64,000 nt of DNA from Eledone cirrhosa (GCA_964016885.1 OZ024741.1:68262001-68326000); one strand, 5' to 3'. Positions 17,671 through 62,689 are shown, counted from the first letter of the stretch. Numbers and translations are program-made. Notes: a model not told the origin generated them from the sequence alone.

Positions 17671-18739
17671 TATTTAATTAATTGTCTTTTATCAAACCAA
17701 TTTCCATAAAGAAAATCCCGCTCAAGTACTAAGGTTCATATAATCGATTGTTCCCTCCCCAACAAATGTCTGTGGGTGAATGTGTGAACTATTTGTTCAC
17801 ATTTTAAATAGTCCAAGTATAAATAGCTTCGAAGCATGTATTTCATTTGTCATTGAATTAGATACAAATATTTCTACGCGAACAGTTTGCATTAATACAC
17901 ATTGATTCCATGTATTTAAGCATATAAATAAGAGTCATGTACTGAATAAGACGCAAAAAACATACACTATTATATTTTGCTATCGACTTTAACTGTGAAA
18001 GTAATGTAACTGTTAGTGTACGCTGTTAAAATATAAGCCGAATTAAAATGTAGCCATACAAGTTATTTGCTATTGCTTACATTTTAGTAAAAGTCGAAAC
18101 ATGCATTGTCACCAATGTAATTTTTCGTATAATTTTTTTAAATCGATAATTTAGATTTATTATGATTTTCAAAATCAGATAAAATATGTGAAAACAAAAT
18201 TTATACCATTTATTACATCGCTGCCCGTATGATGCGGGCCCGAACCCTTTGGGAGAGCCTATGCGTAGGCCGCATGGTCCCAGCTGACGGAATGGAAAAA
18301 TCGTTGCCCGGAGGGGGATGAAGGACACGCGTTGGAATAGCCATTCTCACGTGAGGTCATTCCTGGGGGTGGCTAACACCACCCCAGTAGTAGGGAGATG
18401 GTCCGAGGACCAAAAACACAGGAAGAATCTACTGCAATAGGTTCAACGACAAACCTATCGGAGAACGACTGATATTTCGGCATCTTGCGATCTTCGTCTT
18501 GACGAGCAGCGAAGCCTATGTTAGTCGCCGAATGAACCAGGTTGCCGCTGGAGATGGTGTTATTGCATGTAGCACCCCAGATAATGCAAGATTTGCTTCG
18601 TAACCTTCAAGGTTCGATAAAATAAAGTATCACTCCAATACAATGTTGGTGCTGTTGATTTGTTAAGCCCATCTCAACCTATAATCAGATACATTTCAGA
18701 TATAACCACACCACCACAGATCTATCAACTCTCCCCATC

Positions 18740-18908
18740 TGACGGGGAGATCTCCCACCTAGTTTGGAGTGAGTGAGAGATGTCTTCTCTTGTGAAAACG
18801 GGTATAGCTTTCGTCATGTAAAATCTCCCCATTTTCCCTCATTTCTCACCGTTTGGGGGCACTTTCTTTCATGCTACTTTCCGTTTGGGTTTTTATAGGT
18901 TGGCAGGT
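18740..18908. repeat. Dispersed repeat of unknown class (second copy at 56810-56978)
   Basis: GACGGGGAGAT...GAGAGATGTCTT...GGGTATAGCTTTC...CCGTTTGGGGGCACTTT is shared by both loci. Confidence 0.8.
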
Positions 18909-19445
18909 CTGTCACCACATCTTTTGTTTTTCTAGCACTACATCTTCCAAATATCTCCTTCCTTTTCACGTATAGTTGGTGACTATTCTTGTCAGATCTA
19001 AGAATCACATACAAACTCCTTTATTTGCCTCGTTTCAGCTTTTGTTGTTATATGTCTTGTTTTATTATTTTATTTTTGATCCAAGTCGATATCAATCAAT
19101 CGGTCTATCAGATGTCCCGCCATGACAATTCTGTTCTTTTATTGGGAATTGTGAATCTAAGACTACATTATTCAATGCATCTCTCCCCTTTTAAGGGTGT
19201 TTAATGTAATTTATGAATGATTTGGCTACTATTTCTAGTAGATGGAGGACCTATATAGAACTCCATTAATTGTTCTCAACCATGACGTATTGATATTGGG
19301 TATGCGGCAAATTGGCAGAGTCGTTAGAACGTCATATAGAATACTTTGCAGTATTAGTTCTGGCTCTCTGAGTTCGAATCCCACTGTTGTCAACTTTGCC
19401 TTTCATTCTATCGAGATCGATAAAAAAATACCAGTCTGGTGCTAG

Positions 19446-19495
<50 letters not shown>

Positions 19496-19525
19496 ATCTC
19501 TCTCTCTCTCTCTCTGCTGTGTACA

Positions 19526-19908
19526 TCTATATAGTACTAAAAGTCTGTGATTGTTTGCTTTCTAGTCTGTAATGTAATACATCTAAAAGAGCGCATAATG
19601 GGAAAATACTTTGAAAGGAAGTTGACCCTGAAATGGGAATACAAATGGGATTAAAAAATTTCGCGTATATTGATGCACGGGTTCCCGAGATACGGGGTTT
19701 TGGGGGTACCTTCATAAAGAGAGAGAGAGAAGGATAGAGGGAAATAGATAGTGGTTGTGAGAGAGTAGATTGAAAGAGAGACATAGGGAGAGGAGATGGA
19801 AGAAAGGGAGCTAGTGGTGTTGTTGTGTATATGTATATATATATATGAGTGTGTGTATGTGTGTGTGTGCGTCTATGACCAGTGTATATAGATTGCAGAC
19901 ACACACAC

Positions 19909-19960
<52 letters not shown>

Positions 19961-20263
19961 TCCTAAATTTATAAATTTATTATAATAAATTGAACTGAAA
20001 GCAACTGGTGCGTGTGTTTTTTATTGGCAACATGACCCTCCAAAAGTATAACAATATATATATATATGTATATATATATGTTTACAAACACACACATTTA
20101 TATATATACATACACACACGTATATATATATTTGGGCCTTCCAGTTTCATTTCACATTATATACATGTTTATATTTTAATTATTTAAAAACTATTTTTAA
20201 GTGAACATGATTTTTTTTTATATTTTGAAGTGAACGTGACCCAACGGGTCACGGGTGGTCTAG
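19526..20263 (+). mobile_element. Probable non-autonomous Helitron
   Basis: 5' A|TCTATATAG start; 3' hairpin CGTGACCC-AAC-GGGTCACG (20235-20253) followed by CTAG|T, matching the Helitron end and AT insertion pattern. Pairing of the two ends is inferred. Confidence 0.55.
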
Positions 20264-20713
20264 TAATTACATAAAAGTTGGACGATATACTTTAATCCGA
20301 ATCTAGTTTCATGCTACTGCGCTGCAACACGGGAAAGTGTTGATCACAGCATTTTGTATGCTAAAACTAGGCGGAAACTTGTTGGAGACATCGTTATTGT
20401 TCTTGGATTATAAGCTTAATCCGTCGCTTGGTTGGTTTTGTTGGTCTCACTCCCCTCCCTGATCTTTGGGTATCTTTAGCTGCAGCAAGTCTGTAGCAAA
20501 GATTCGGTTTAGATCTCTAGCCTAAGGAAAACTGCCTCTGTCCTCCCACCAGTTCCAGAAGCCATGAAACCAATCACAGATGCTTCCTTCGTCCTTTGAT
20601 TGTCAAGAAAATATGGCTTTTAACTCTTTCTGGCACACTATCAAGTTTTATAATAAAAATTGTTTCTCATATTCCCCAAATTACGTATTTAACGATAGCA
20701 TCCTGTTTCTTGA

Positions 20714-20905
20714 ATGGTCAGTGATTGTGATGATTATATAACCACAGAAAGCAATAGAAATTGTGATATTCATGCTTCTTTAAATGTCATAAGAACCAGA
20801 ATGAAAACTAATTATGGTAATATCTATTTAATTACTAGCCGACCCCGGCCATCAATAATCAGGGTAATAGTGTTGAACGAATTTATTTTTTGGAATCTAG
20901 GATTG
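20714..20905 (+). CDS. Candidate first coding exon of the chitin synthase (uncertain)
   Basis: ATG-initiated frame with phase-0 donors at 20864 (GTAATA) or 20906 (GTATGT), compatible with the phase-0 acceptor at 21570. No recognisable homology. Confidence 0.25.
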
Positions 20906-20969
20906 GTATGTCATATATGCCAGGATTATATATATATATATACAAGCAAATTATAAACGTAAACATGTA

Positions 20970-21143
20970 AGTATGTTTTTGAAACGGTGCGCGAGTTTGA
21001 AATTAGAAATTATAAGCTTTCACCGTATTTTAGACTAAAGAAATTTCTAGCCTGATAGTGGGGTTTATAACCCTCGGAGAAATGGAAAAAGATGAGTGTT
21101 GCCGTACACGGGAGTCGAACCCACATCTTTGGTTATCCAGACC
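20970..21143. repeat. Diverged partial copy of the 271-bp tRNA-containing unit seen at 16190
   Basis: AGCCTGATAGTGGGG..AACCCTCGGAGAAATGGAAAAAGAT..GGAGTCGAACCCACATCTTTGGTTATCC, ending in (TA)n. Confidence 0.85.
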
Positions 21144-21162
21144 ATATATATATATATATATA

Positions 21163-21240
21163 TCAGTGTCCTAAAAATGTATACACACTTCAACAGCATT
21201 CTAAGAAATACGTGTATACATTTTGGAGAGACACCCTGTA
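21163..21240. mobile_element. Tiny Tc1/mariner-like MITE
   Basis: Inverted ends CAGTGTC..AAAATGTATACAC and GTGTATACATTTT..GACACCCTG, flanked by TA. Confidence 0.55.
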
Positions 21241-21569
21241 TATATACTTGGGTGAGTGGGTGTCGGTGGGTGTCAATGCTTATGTTTACGTTGATGTCTG
21301 TATCTTTGTTTATGTCCCGTAATCTAGCGGTTCAACAAAAATCGATAAAATAATTATAAGATCGATAAAGAAATGGTACTGGCTTCGATATGGTTGACTA
21401 AATCAAGGTGTTGCCCCACAATGACCGCTGTCTTACGACTCAAACCAGTAAAAGAATATAAAAATAAAAGCATTCTGCGTAAATCTTCGCCGTTTTCATA
21501 TAATTTGGCTTTGTTATTCACCATCAAGCTTGAAAAATAAACTAAAGTAATGAATATTGTTATTTTCAG

Positions 21570-53142
<31,573 letters not shown>

Positions 53143-53593
53143 ACCAAAAATCAAAAGAAAAAGAAAATATACCTAAAACAGATGAAAAAAAAATCATCTT
53201 TCAAAAAAAATATATATATATATACATTTTAAATTAAAACATAATGAAATAAATGTTATTACGTGATAGCTTAAGGAATGGCTATAACGAGTTATCATGA
53301 ATATATATAAAATATAAATATAAAGTACTGAGATCAATGTGATCGACGAAACTCTTGAGACCCAAACTAGTCGAATGACTGAAAATAGTAAAAGATCTGA
53401 TTCATTTTTATTGTTAGTTTATATTTGCTTTGTTGGGGTTGAATGTGTAAATGACATGAAAATCGCCAATAACATTGAAAGTGGATTTCAAAAATATACT
53501 TGAAATTTATAAATATATCCTTTAGTATGTTTGTATGGGCGTGAGTGCATGGTATTAAGTGGGAAATTAGCACGAATATATATAGATACATAT

Positions 53594-53626
<33 letters not shown>

Positions 53627-53692
53627 AATGTGTATATATATGTATGTATGTGTGTGTGTGTATATATATATATAAATCTGTGTATGTGTGTT

Positions 53693-53724
<32 letters not shown>

Positions 53725-54157
53725 AATGTGTGTATGTGTGTTTATATATATATATATATACGTATAAATGTGTGTATGTGTATATATATATATATATATG
53801 TGTGTGTGTGAGTGTGTATATATGTATAATTATTAAGGCCAGTTACTACAATAGAACATACCAAGAACGTACATTTCGTTGGCTTGGGGGGGGGGGCCAA
53901 TCTTATCAACCTGTGCCGGTGGAATTGAACCGGAAAATGTTTAGTTAAAGGAAGGGAGTGACCAAAAAAGGTGAGGTGATAAGGGGAGAATAATGGGAGA
54001 ACTATAGAAAGGATTTATTTGTTTATGTATGTGCGAATATGCGTGTGTGGGATGGAAACAAGAGGGAAGTATATTTAAAGAATCTTTTTTTTTTCTTTTT
54101 TCTTCTTTAATCCGACAAAATAATTAATGAAAAAAGGAGAAAAACATTTTTTAAAGG

Positions 54158-54188
<31 letters not shown>

Positions 54189-55813
54189 GCATTTTGCCGT
54201 ATAATGATTGCAAATAATTGGGTTAGGTACTTATGGCACCATCATCCTTCATTTCAGCTCTCAATCTGTTGGAATTGTTCTGTTCCATCGCCTTTATAAC
54301 TAACTGCAGTACATTATTCAACTTTCTATTATAATTTTTGCGATTAGATGCTGTTGGTGAGCCATGCAATGAACTGTTAAAACAGGGGGCAAAATTTCAG
54401 ATTTTAGGAGAGATAAATAGACTATTGAATCTAATTACCATAGCAGCTATTCGATCAGCTACGCAGGCAATCATATTGGTCAATAGGATGTTATGCTCCT
54501 GAGAGATATCTTAAATAATTCTAATTTTAAAATATTCGTATCTTTTGAGTCGGGCAGTAATCGATCAGTGAAGAAATCGTTTACACTAGCATCAATCATT
54601 GATGGTGCACAACTGCTGACTCGTTCATTTGTATGGAAAATTCAGAATACTTGATAACGTGAAAGAGTTGATATTTGACGTCGGTGGTCAATTCTTTTTT
54701 TTACGTCAACCAATTGTGTTATTACTAACAGAAATTCTCCTGGTAATAGTGCCAGACTTTTCATAAAGTATGAAAGAGAAAACTAATTGTTTTTCTCATT
54801 GTTTGGAGCTAGCCATATTTTAGGAAAAGTAATCCAATATTGTATAACATATTTATGTCGTTATCTTGCCGTGTAATTTCCTTCTGAAATAACGGTTTCT
54901 TTACATTCTAAATTCCAATCTTACCGAGGCCAACTTTGCCTTTAATTCTTACTGAGTCGATGAAATAAAGTACCAGTAAAGTCAATTATAATCAACTTTC
55001 CTTTCTTCTAAATTATTGGCCTTCAGCCAGTGTTGAAAATCAATATTTATGGAAACATCATAAATTAAAAGTAATTTTTTTAAGTTACAGAGAAACTTAA
55101 ATGTAGTTTTAAATAGAAATGCATTTTCTGGGTAAAAGGCACAAATATGAGCACCAAACTTTTGCAAATAAGAGTTACAGAAGATATCAATATATAACCA
55201 AAGCAAACAAATTCAGTTAAAGTGAACTGAATGAGTAGGAGAGAGAAAAATTGGGAAAGATAGAAAGCCTAAGAGAATAGACAAAGAATGAAAGAGTGGT
55301 GGGGATTGAAAGTAACATTTTGGAAGTGTATGAGACAGAATCAGTAAGAAAAGTCAATATGACGTGTAGGCGGAGGTGACAACGACAAAGTGGACAGTGT
55401 AATTTTGAGACGGTTTTTCTGTGATATTTTTGATTCCTTTCATCTTCTCAGGATCGATAAAATAGTTATAAACCAAGTACCAATCGATATAATTGACTTT
55501 TTTCGCTTGCCAATATTTCTGGCCTTTTGGTAATGTAAAATATATTAGAAATGCAATTTGTCAAGAAAAACAAAACATACAGATTGGGAGAGGAGAAAGG
55601 AAAGACAAAGAATGAAAGATAAGGGTGGAAGCGGGTTAGGGAAATTTATGAATATGACAGATATAGTGGAGGTAAGGGTGGAGGCTTAAAACACATTGAT
55701 TCAGTACTGTGGTGGTGGCGGAGAAGTAAGCAATATCTACAGTCAAAAGGTAGCAGAGATAAAAGTACTCTAAGTAGAAAATATGGTTAAAACATTAGGG
55801 GGAAGAGTATAAG

Positions 55814-56380
55814 TTCTTCTTCTTCTTTGCCCACTTATACTCTGGGGGCAGTCCTCAAGTACGCCTTCCATCGGGTCCTGTCAGAAGCAACCGTCTCTAA
55901 TTGACCTGGTTGGATCTTCAAGCTTCACCAGCCGGGCTCATGGATGCTATCGAAGCATCTTGCTCGGGATCTACCCCTGGTTCTCCTGACGGTGGATTTT
56001 TGCCCGTAAAACCTGTCAAGTGATTCTTTCCTGAGACATTTTAACCACATGTCCATAGTACCGAGGCTATGATCTCTCAATTCGGAGAAGTTGCAGATCT
56101 AGCTGGAGTGACTGTTTGAACTCCCATCCGAGCTACACACTCTCTCGAATAACGTCACCCCAAAGAACCTTCGAAAGGCCCCATTTCGGCCGTGTATATT
56201 TGCGGTCGTATTCCTACGGTCATTACCCAAGAGTCATGACCATAGGTAAGGGTTGATACGAATACCGAATTGAAGATAGCAAGTTAGGCTTTTACCCCTA
56301 CATCTACATCTCTTCTTCTGATAACCGAATGCTGAAGCTGACGTATTAGTGCACCAGGTCCTGCAATTCTTGCACTTAAT
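55814..56380 (-). mobile_element. RTE-clade LINE 3' fragment with (GAA)n tail; shorter relative at 57913-58100
   Basis: Minus-strand remnants TLTYGHDSW..AEM, RYYGHV and RGR; (CTT)n on the + strand; TGTCAGAAGCAACCGTCTC shared with the second copy. Confidence 0.7.
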
Positions 56381-56984
56381 TCAGCTTACTGCCTTCTTAG
56401 TATATTTGAAAATAAGAAAAAAACAGTTAACCAGAGATTTAATGAATATAATAATCGGTGTGATTCAGCGTGACGCAGTGTGTGACAATGCTGGCCCATT
56501 TGAATTGCATTTACAAGTCAGTTTTGTCAATTTGAGAGAACTGGAATAACGTGAAATACAGAATCTTGCTCACAACGTTACGATCGGGAGTCGAAAACTC
56601 TAACAATTAAGCCACGTGTCGTCACTTTTACGTATTCATCGGAAAGCTAACAGGTACAGCATACATAAATCTAGTCCTTTTATATTTATAAATCAAGGAG
56701 GAAAATTACTACTGAGACTCATTACATCAAATCAAATCCCAGGTACGAATAACAAAAAGAAAGACTGAAATATTATGTATACAGACCTGTATATTATGTA
56801 TACAGACCCGACGGGGAGATTTGCAATAGCCATTGAGGTGGGTGAGAGATGTCTTATCTTGTGAAAATGGGTATAGCTTTCATTATGTAAAATCTCCTCC
56901 ATTTTGCCTCATTTCTCCCCGTTTGGGGGCACTTTTTTTTCATGGTATTCTCCGTTTGGGTTTTTAGAGGTTGGAGGTGTGCGT

Positions 56985-57445
56985 ATAATCAGGGTGGTAG
57001 TTGGTAAAATCCCTAGTGTCAGATTAAATGATTTGTGATATTTAACTTTAATTATGCTGAGTCCTCTTTGGCTGTCACTTTTACGATTTGAGTTCAAATC
57101 CCACCGAGGTTAACTTTATCTTTTATCCTTACGAGGTCGATAAAATAAAGCACCAGTATTGTACTGGGTTAATTGCTGGCCTTGTGCCAAAAGTAGAAAC
57201 AATTATTCAGGTATTATTTAGGGAGGTGGACTGGCAGTAGAATCGAGGGTGGTGGATTGGCAATAGAATCAGTAGAGCGTCAGACAACATGCTTTGCAGC
57301 ATAGAGTTATGGCCCTTTACGTTCTGAGTTAAAATCCTACCGAGGTTAACTTTGCCTTTCATCCTTACGAGGTCGATAAAATAAAGTACCAGTAATGCAC
57401 TGGAGTAATTGCTGGCTTTGTGCCAAAAGTAGAAACAATTATTCA
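56985..57445 (+). mobile_element. Two tandem SINE copies
   Basis: SINE core and TGTGCCAAAAGTAGAAACAATTATTCAGG end occur twice. Confidence 0.85.
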
Positions 57446-58169
57446 GGGATGGTTAAAATAATTGCCAGTTAAGTACTGATGTTGACATAAAAAGGGGTTC
57501 CCAGCCTTTAAAATGTGTTACATTATATGTAACATATTTTATTAAATGTTATTACAATAGCTGAAAAGATGAGGAAAATGTTTGCTTCATGAGTTTCATG
57601 ATAGCTTTTTTTGTTGGTTTGTGTGTGAGTTTTTGTTGTGTTTTAAATATTTTAACCTAAAAACTGGATCATTTTTTTTCTTTGAACTACAGTTTTAAGT
57701 CATTCTAATTAATCAAAAGTCATTCTATTTAAGCAAAAACAAATAAACTTTAAAATTACGAATATCTGCAATAATGTTGAATAGATTATTCTGGAGAATT
57801 TCACTGAACGTGGAAAAGTAAGAAAAAAACAATAAAATTTTTGAAACGATAATTGTTTTGGTTTTATTAATTTGTATCGAAAAAAAACCACATTACACTA
57901 TTTAGTTACAGCTCTTCTTCTTCTTCTTTTTCTTCTTCTTCTTCTTCTTCTTCTTCTTCTACTTATTCCTGACAGGATCATGGGGAAAGATTCCTCTAAC
58001 ACTCCTTCCAGCTGTTCTTGTCAGAAGCAACCGTCTCCAACTGATCTCGCTGGGTTCCCAAGTGAGACTAGTCAAGCTCATGGATGTTATCCATGAGCTT
58101 GACTAAGTTTCGTTTACATATGAAAAAACGCACCCACCCCCGCGCACACACAGGATGTGTGTGCGAGCG

Positions 58170-58346
58170 CGAGGGTTTGGTAAAAAAAAGCCATGTGGAC
58201 CATAACCCACCAGAGTACTCGATACTTGGGGTAGAAGAGTGGGTAATATGAAAAGATTCAGGACCCCGACGGCTGAGCTCTGGCCGTTTCGACAGCTAGA
58301 TCCGAACGAGTACTAAACGGCCAGATCTCAGCTGTCAGGGTCCCGA

Positions 58347-58353
<7 letters not shown>
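58170..58353. repeat. Hairpin element of the same family as 39607-39810, opposite orientation, ending at (TA)n
   Basis: Arms 58251-58289 and 58315-58353; GGACCATAAC..CCAGAGTACTCGATACTT..GAGTGGGTAAT matches the reverse complement of 39732-39783. Confidence 0.85.
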
Positions 58354-58401
<48 letters not shown>

Positions 58402-58411
58402 GTGTGTGTTG

Positions 58412-58477
58412 TATTTTATCTGATGAAAGCGCGCCATAATTTGCCTTGGTTCCCCTTGAAATATATATAATAAAATA
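58412..58477 (+). ncRNA. Type-I hammerhead ribozyme motif
   Basis: Stem I TATTTTAT/ATAAAATA, core CTGATGA, stem II AAG..CTT, GAAA, palindromic stem III TATATA, NUH = ATA. Confidence 0.65.
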
Positions 58478-58616
58478 AATATATAGTTTCCATTTATTAA
58501 TATATTGTATATTTACTCCACTCTTTGTTGAGTGCTTTATATCAGTTATAAAAATGTTTAAGCTTGTTGAATCCCAACAAATTAAATTTAACCTCTGCAT
58601 ATATATATATATATAC

Positions 58617-58690
<74 letters not shown>

Positions 58691-59549
58691 ATGTGTGTGT
58701 GTGTGTGTGTACATATATATATATATATATGGGCGGGGAGCTTTATGCACGTGTTTATGGCGTGTGTATGCTGTGTGTTAAATTAACTTTGTACTGTGTC
58801 TTGTGTATTCATATTTGCATTATATTGTTATACAAGTGTTGCTTCACTGATAAAATTCCTACCCTTCTTATGAATGTTATATAACACGTATTGTTCACTG
58901 GTATTTTCCTATCCTCTTTTCGTTTTTAGACTAAGAGTAGTAGGACAAGGATGTTACTAATTGTTACTTTGGTTGGTGAAGCCAACGATTCGAAAATAAA
59001 TAATAAAATTGTTATTGTGAATGTGACAGTAGCAAATAAAGAGAAAGACCATACTCTCCCAGAACATTCCCTGGGTTATTTTTAATATATTTTTAAAATA
59101 TACTTGGCACTGTCGTACATTTCATAGTCCATTGAATATGTGAAACCCTAAACCACTACCACGCCCCGTCTTTAACATACACTTTCAAAATAACACATTC
59201 CAACCTCGTATCTTACATTTGTACAGGCATCATTTGCCAAATGTAGAGACAAACGTAAGCTAAGAGACTTCACTGAATGCACTAGCGGTTGACTACGCAA
59301 AACTCGAGCAACAGTCGACCTAAATACATATGACATAAAATAAGTATAACTCTGCTTCATATATTGAATTACCCATTTATACCTATAAATCTATAACCCA
59401 GCATTAACATATATGTGTGTGTGTGGTGAGAGAGAGAGTGAGAGAGAGAGAGAGCAAGAGTGAGAGAGAGTGAAAGAGAGAGTGAAAGAGGAATACCTAC
59501 ACACACACACATATATGTATGTATATATGTGGATATGTATGTATGTATG

Positions 59550-60530
59550 TTCTTCTGGTTTTATAATTTCACAAATGTTTACCAATACAAAGAGAGTCGG
59601 TTTCTAACATAGATACAAGATTCTCTCATTGGAATTTACACAACATCAACTAGGTAGATATGTATGCATATCTGCATGCATGTGTGTGCAGGTATGGGTG
59701 TTATTGTATGTGTGGACGTGTATGTTTTGAGTTATATGTGTGCATGTGTATATGTTTTGTATCTGTAAATGTGTACATGCAGTTATTAGATGCAGAATTT
59801 TTTGAATATTTTACATATTCTTACTGTTCCATTAATGGATTATACTTGTAATTTCCTAACTAGTTGTGTTCTTTCTGTTCCTGTAAAGCCTAGCTTCTCA
59901 AGATGTGTATTGAGGCAGTTACTAACATATCCCAGTGCCCCAATAATCACAGGCATAAATCTGAAGGTGTAATCAGGGTGGAGTATCTGTAGATTTCTCA
60001 TTGGTTCTGCATAAATATTCTCCTTTTCGCTAATCTTTGATATTATATTGGCATCTGCTGCGCAGTTAACTTCCACTACTGTGCATGCCTTCTTTTCTCT
60101 CTCCCATATCATGATATCTGCTCTGTTATGCCTGCATTTTGTTGGGGTGTTTACTGGAACATTCCACCAGTACTATTTCATATTATGTATATGTATGTCT
60201 TCCACATTGCTGTAGCTTTTAATGTATTTATTATCGAGGCTATCTTTTCTACGGATTGCACTATACGGCGTTTTGGCCACTACATCATGCTTCATAGGTA
60301 GATAGTACCGCGATGACATCTTTGGATAGCTGTTTATGACATGGGTGACATCTTAGATGTTAATTCTGCAGAGTCTGCACTTGTTGCAACATCTATGGGT
60401 GTTGCCTGATTCCATATCTTTCTCGTGAATCAGGTATTTTGTGTTGATTTCCTGTTCTTGGATTGCAAAAGCATAACCTTCAAAGTGGGAGCCATATAGC
60501 GGTTGTTGATCCAAGATAGACTACTTCGCT
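59550..60530 (-). mobile_element. Second, diverged R4/Dong-like RLE non-LTR 3' fragment
   Basis: Minus-strand SHFEGYAFAIQEQEINTKYL, CRLC, HNRADIMIW, EVNC and MPVIIGALG; (TATG)n at both ends on the + strand. Confidence 0.82.
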
Positions 60531-60696
60531 TATGTATGTATATATATATATTTGTTGTTGTTACTCTAGCGTCCCCCTTTATTTACGTGTCCCAACGACT
60601 TTTTTTAGCCGTTGTTCGCACCAACCTGAGGCATATGGCCCTTAAAGCGATGAAATGCCGAGGACGGTTGGAGGGTCACTGATGAAGGACTCACTT

Positions 60697-60800
<104 letters not shown>

Positions 60801-61541
60801 ATGTAATGTATATATGTGTGAATGCATATATGTATGTATATATGCATATATGATATGTATATATGTAAGAATGTATGCATGTATATATGTAAGAATATAT
60901 GTATGTATATATGTAAGAATATATGTATGTATATATACATGTGTGTATGCATGTCAAGTCACTGGTAAGATTCAACCCAGTACAACCTGTCGCATGGTCG
61001 GGTCGTCGGCGACTAAGCCAGCAACCCCACATATAGCTTGATGAGGAGGGTGATATTTGGACACCCTACGGGATGAAATACAAGTCCCGGCGAAGTGCGG
61101 AGGAACTCAGCAGAGTCAACGGCCATCCAAATAGTAATTTTGTTTGTTTGTTTTTTTCATCTGGGAGTGGACCCCCCCCCCCCCCCCTCCCCCACCACCA
61201 CCACCACCACCACCACCACCACCACCCCGTTGTTGTCACATCACCTTTCTAAGAGAGGGAAACTCTGAAAAAAAAGCCTCTGACTTCGGAAGCATCCGAT
61301 AATGCTGACCAGTTCACCTTTTCGGGTAGTGCTTTCGATGCTCAGAGAGTGGGAGTGGTCGATTGCTAGGCGTTTCCCCACTTAAAAAAACATTCAAAGC
61401 ACAGCATTGTTTGTTCAGGATATGTTACAGATTTGTCTGACTGGCCGTAGCCTAAAAGTGCACCAAACTCTATAATCTGACAAACGATTGCAGTACTCTT
61501 AGCAGAGTTTGCAGCCATCATATATATATATATATATATAT

Positions 61542-61874
61542 ATCAAGAAAGAAGAGTGACATGGTTTGCTATATAATAAGGGCTTTATTCACATTGCTGA
61601 CAATTGTTTCTCTGAACTGGTAGGTCTAGAGATCGCTACCAGCCTGTTTTTGCGTCAATCGATCACCAATACTTTGTTATAACCAGTCTAATCATCAGAG
61701 CATGCGAGAATGAAGTAAATACACAGGCATGTGTATTTCCTTCATTCTCGCATGCTCGATTGACGCAAAAACAGGCGGGTAGCGATCTCTAGACCTACCA
61801 GTTCAGAGAAACAATTGTCAGCAATGTGAATAAAGCCCTTATTGTATAGCAAACCATGTCACTCTTCTTTCTTG

Positions 61875-61876
<2 letters not shown>
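61542..61876. repeat. Long inverted repeat (~120-bp arms) with a nested 28-bp-arm hairpin, flanked on both sides by (TA)n
   Basis: 61542-61662 versus 61756-61876; inner hairpin 61698-61757. Confidence 0.93.
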
Positions 61877-61951
<75 letters not shown>

Positions 61952-61955
<4 letters not shown>

Positions 61956-62521
61956 TGTATGTATAGTATATTTGGCAATATACAGTTTGTTTAATTAAAA
62001 ACATTTAGAAGACCATACGCTATCATATTTAAAGTAGTGACTATGTCACTTACTTCTTTTCGGTGAAAAGAAGTAAGTGACATAGTCCCTACTTTAATTA
62101 AACATACGGTATATTGCCACATATATTATACATACATTCATGTATACATCGCTATTTCAGAGCACCAATCCTAATAACTAATTTTTGCTGGACAGGCAAT
62201 CGCTCTGTATAATCAACTCCTGATTATTACTGGAATTCTATAAGAACCCAGCTTCTATAATTTTCGGCGGAAGCAGGGAGTACGTGGCTCTGATGATCGC
62301 CAAACAGCGTGAAACAGACTGTTAGCTTCTCTCCCTTCTTTCACCGAAAAGAAGTAAGTGACATATTCACTACTTTAAAACTCATAGCGTATGGTCTTCT
62401 AAATGTTTTTAATTAAACATACGGTATATTGCCAAATATACTATACATAGTATATTTCAGAGCACCAATCTTAATATATTATATATATATATATATAATA
62501 TATTAAGATTGGTGCTCTGAA
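61952..62521. mobile_element. Tandem (~300-bp unit) plus inverted non-coding element carrying a hammerhead (pLTR or retrozyme-like)
   Basis: TTCAGAGCACCAATC at 62156 and 62456; GAAAAGAAGTAAGTGACATA at 62065 and 62346; 61952-62068 is the reverse complement of ~62339-62450; terminal hairpin 62456-62521. Confidence 0.8.
62287..62326 (+). ncRNA. Minimal type-I hammerhead ribozyme motif
   Basis: GCT-CTGATGA-tCGC caaaca GCGt-GAAA-CAGACTG-TT-AGC: intact core, three stems, cleavage triplet GTT. Confidence 0.72.
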
Positions 62522-62628
62522 CTCAAATCCCGCCGAGGTTAACTTTGCCTTTCATCCTTACGGGGTCGATAAAATAAAGTACCAGTAATGCACTGGGTAA
62601 TTGCTGGCCTTGTATCAAAAGTAGAAAC

Positions 62629-62632
<4 letters not shown>
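62516..62632 (+). mobile_element. 3' part of a SINE
   Basis: CAAATCCCGCCGAGGTTAACTTTGCCTTTCATCCTTACGGGGTCGATAAAATAAAGTACCAG... Confidence 0.85.
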
Positions 62633-62689
<57 letters not shown>

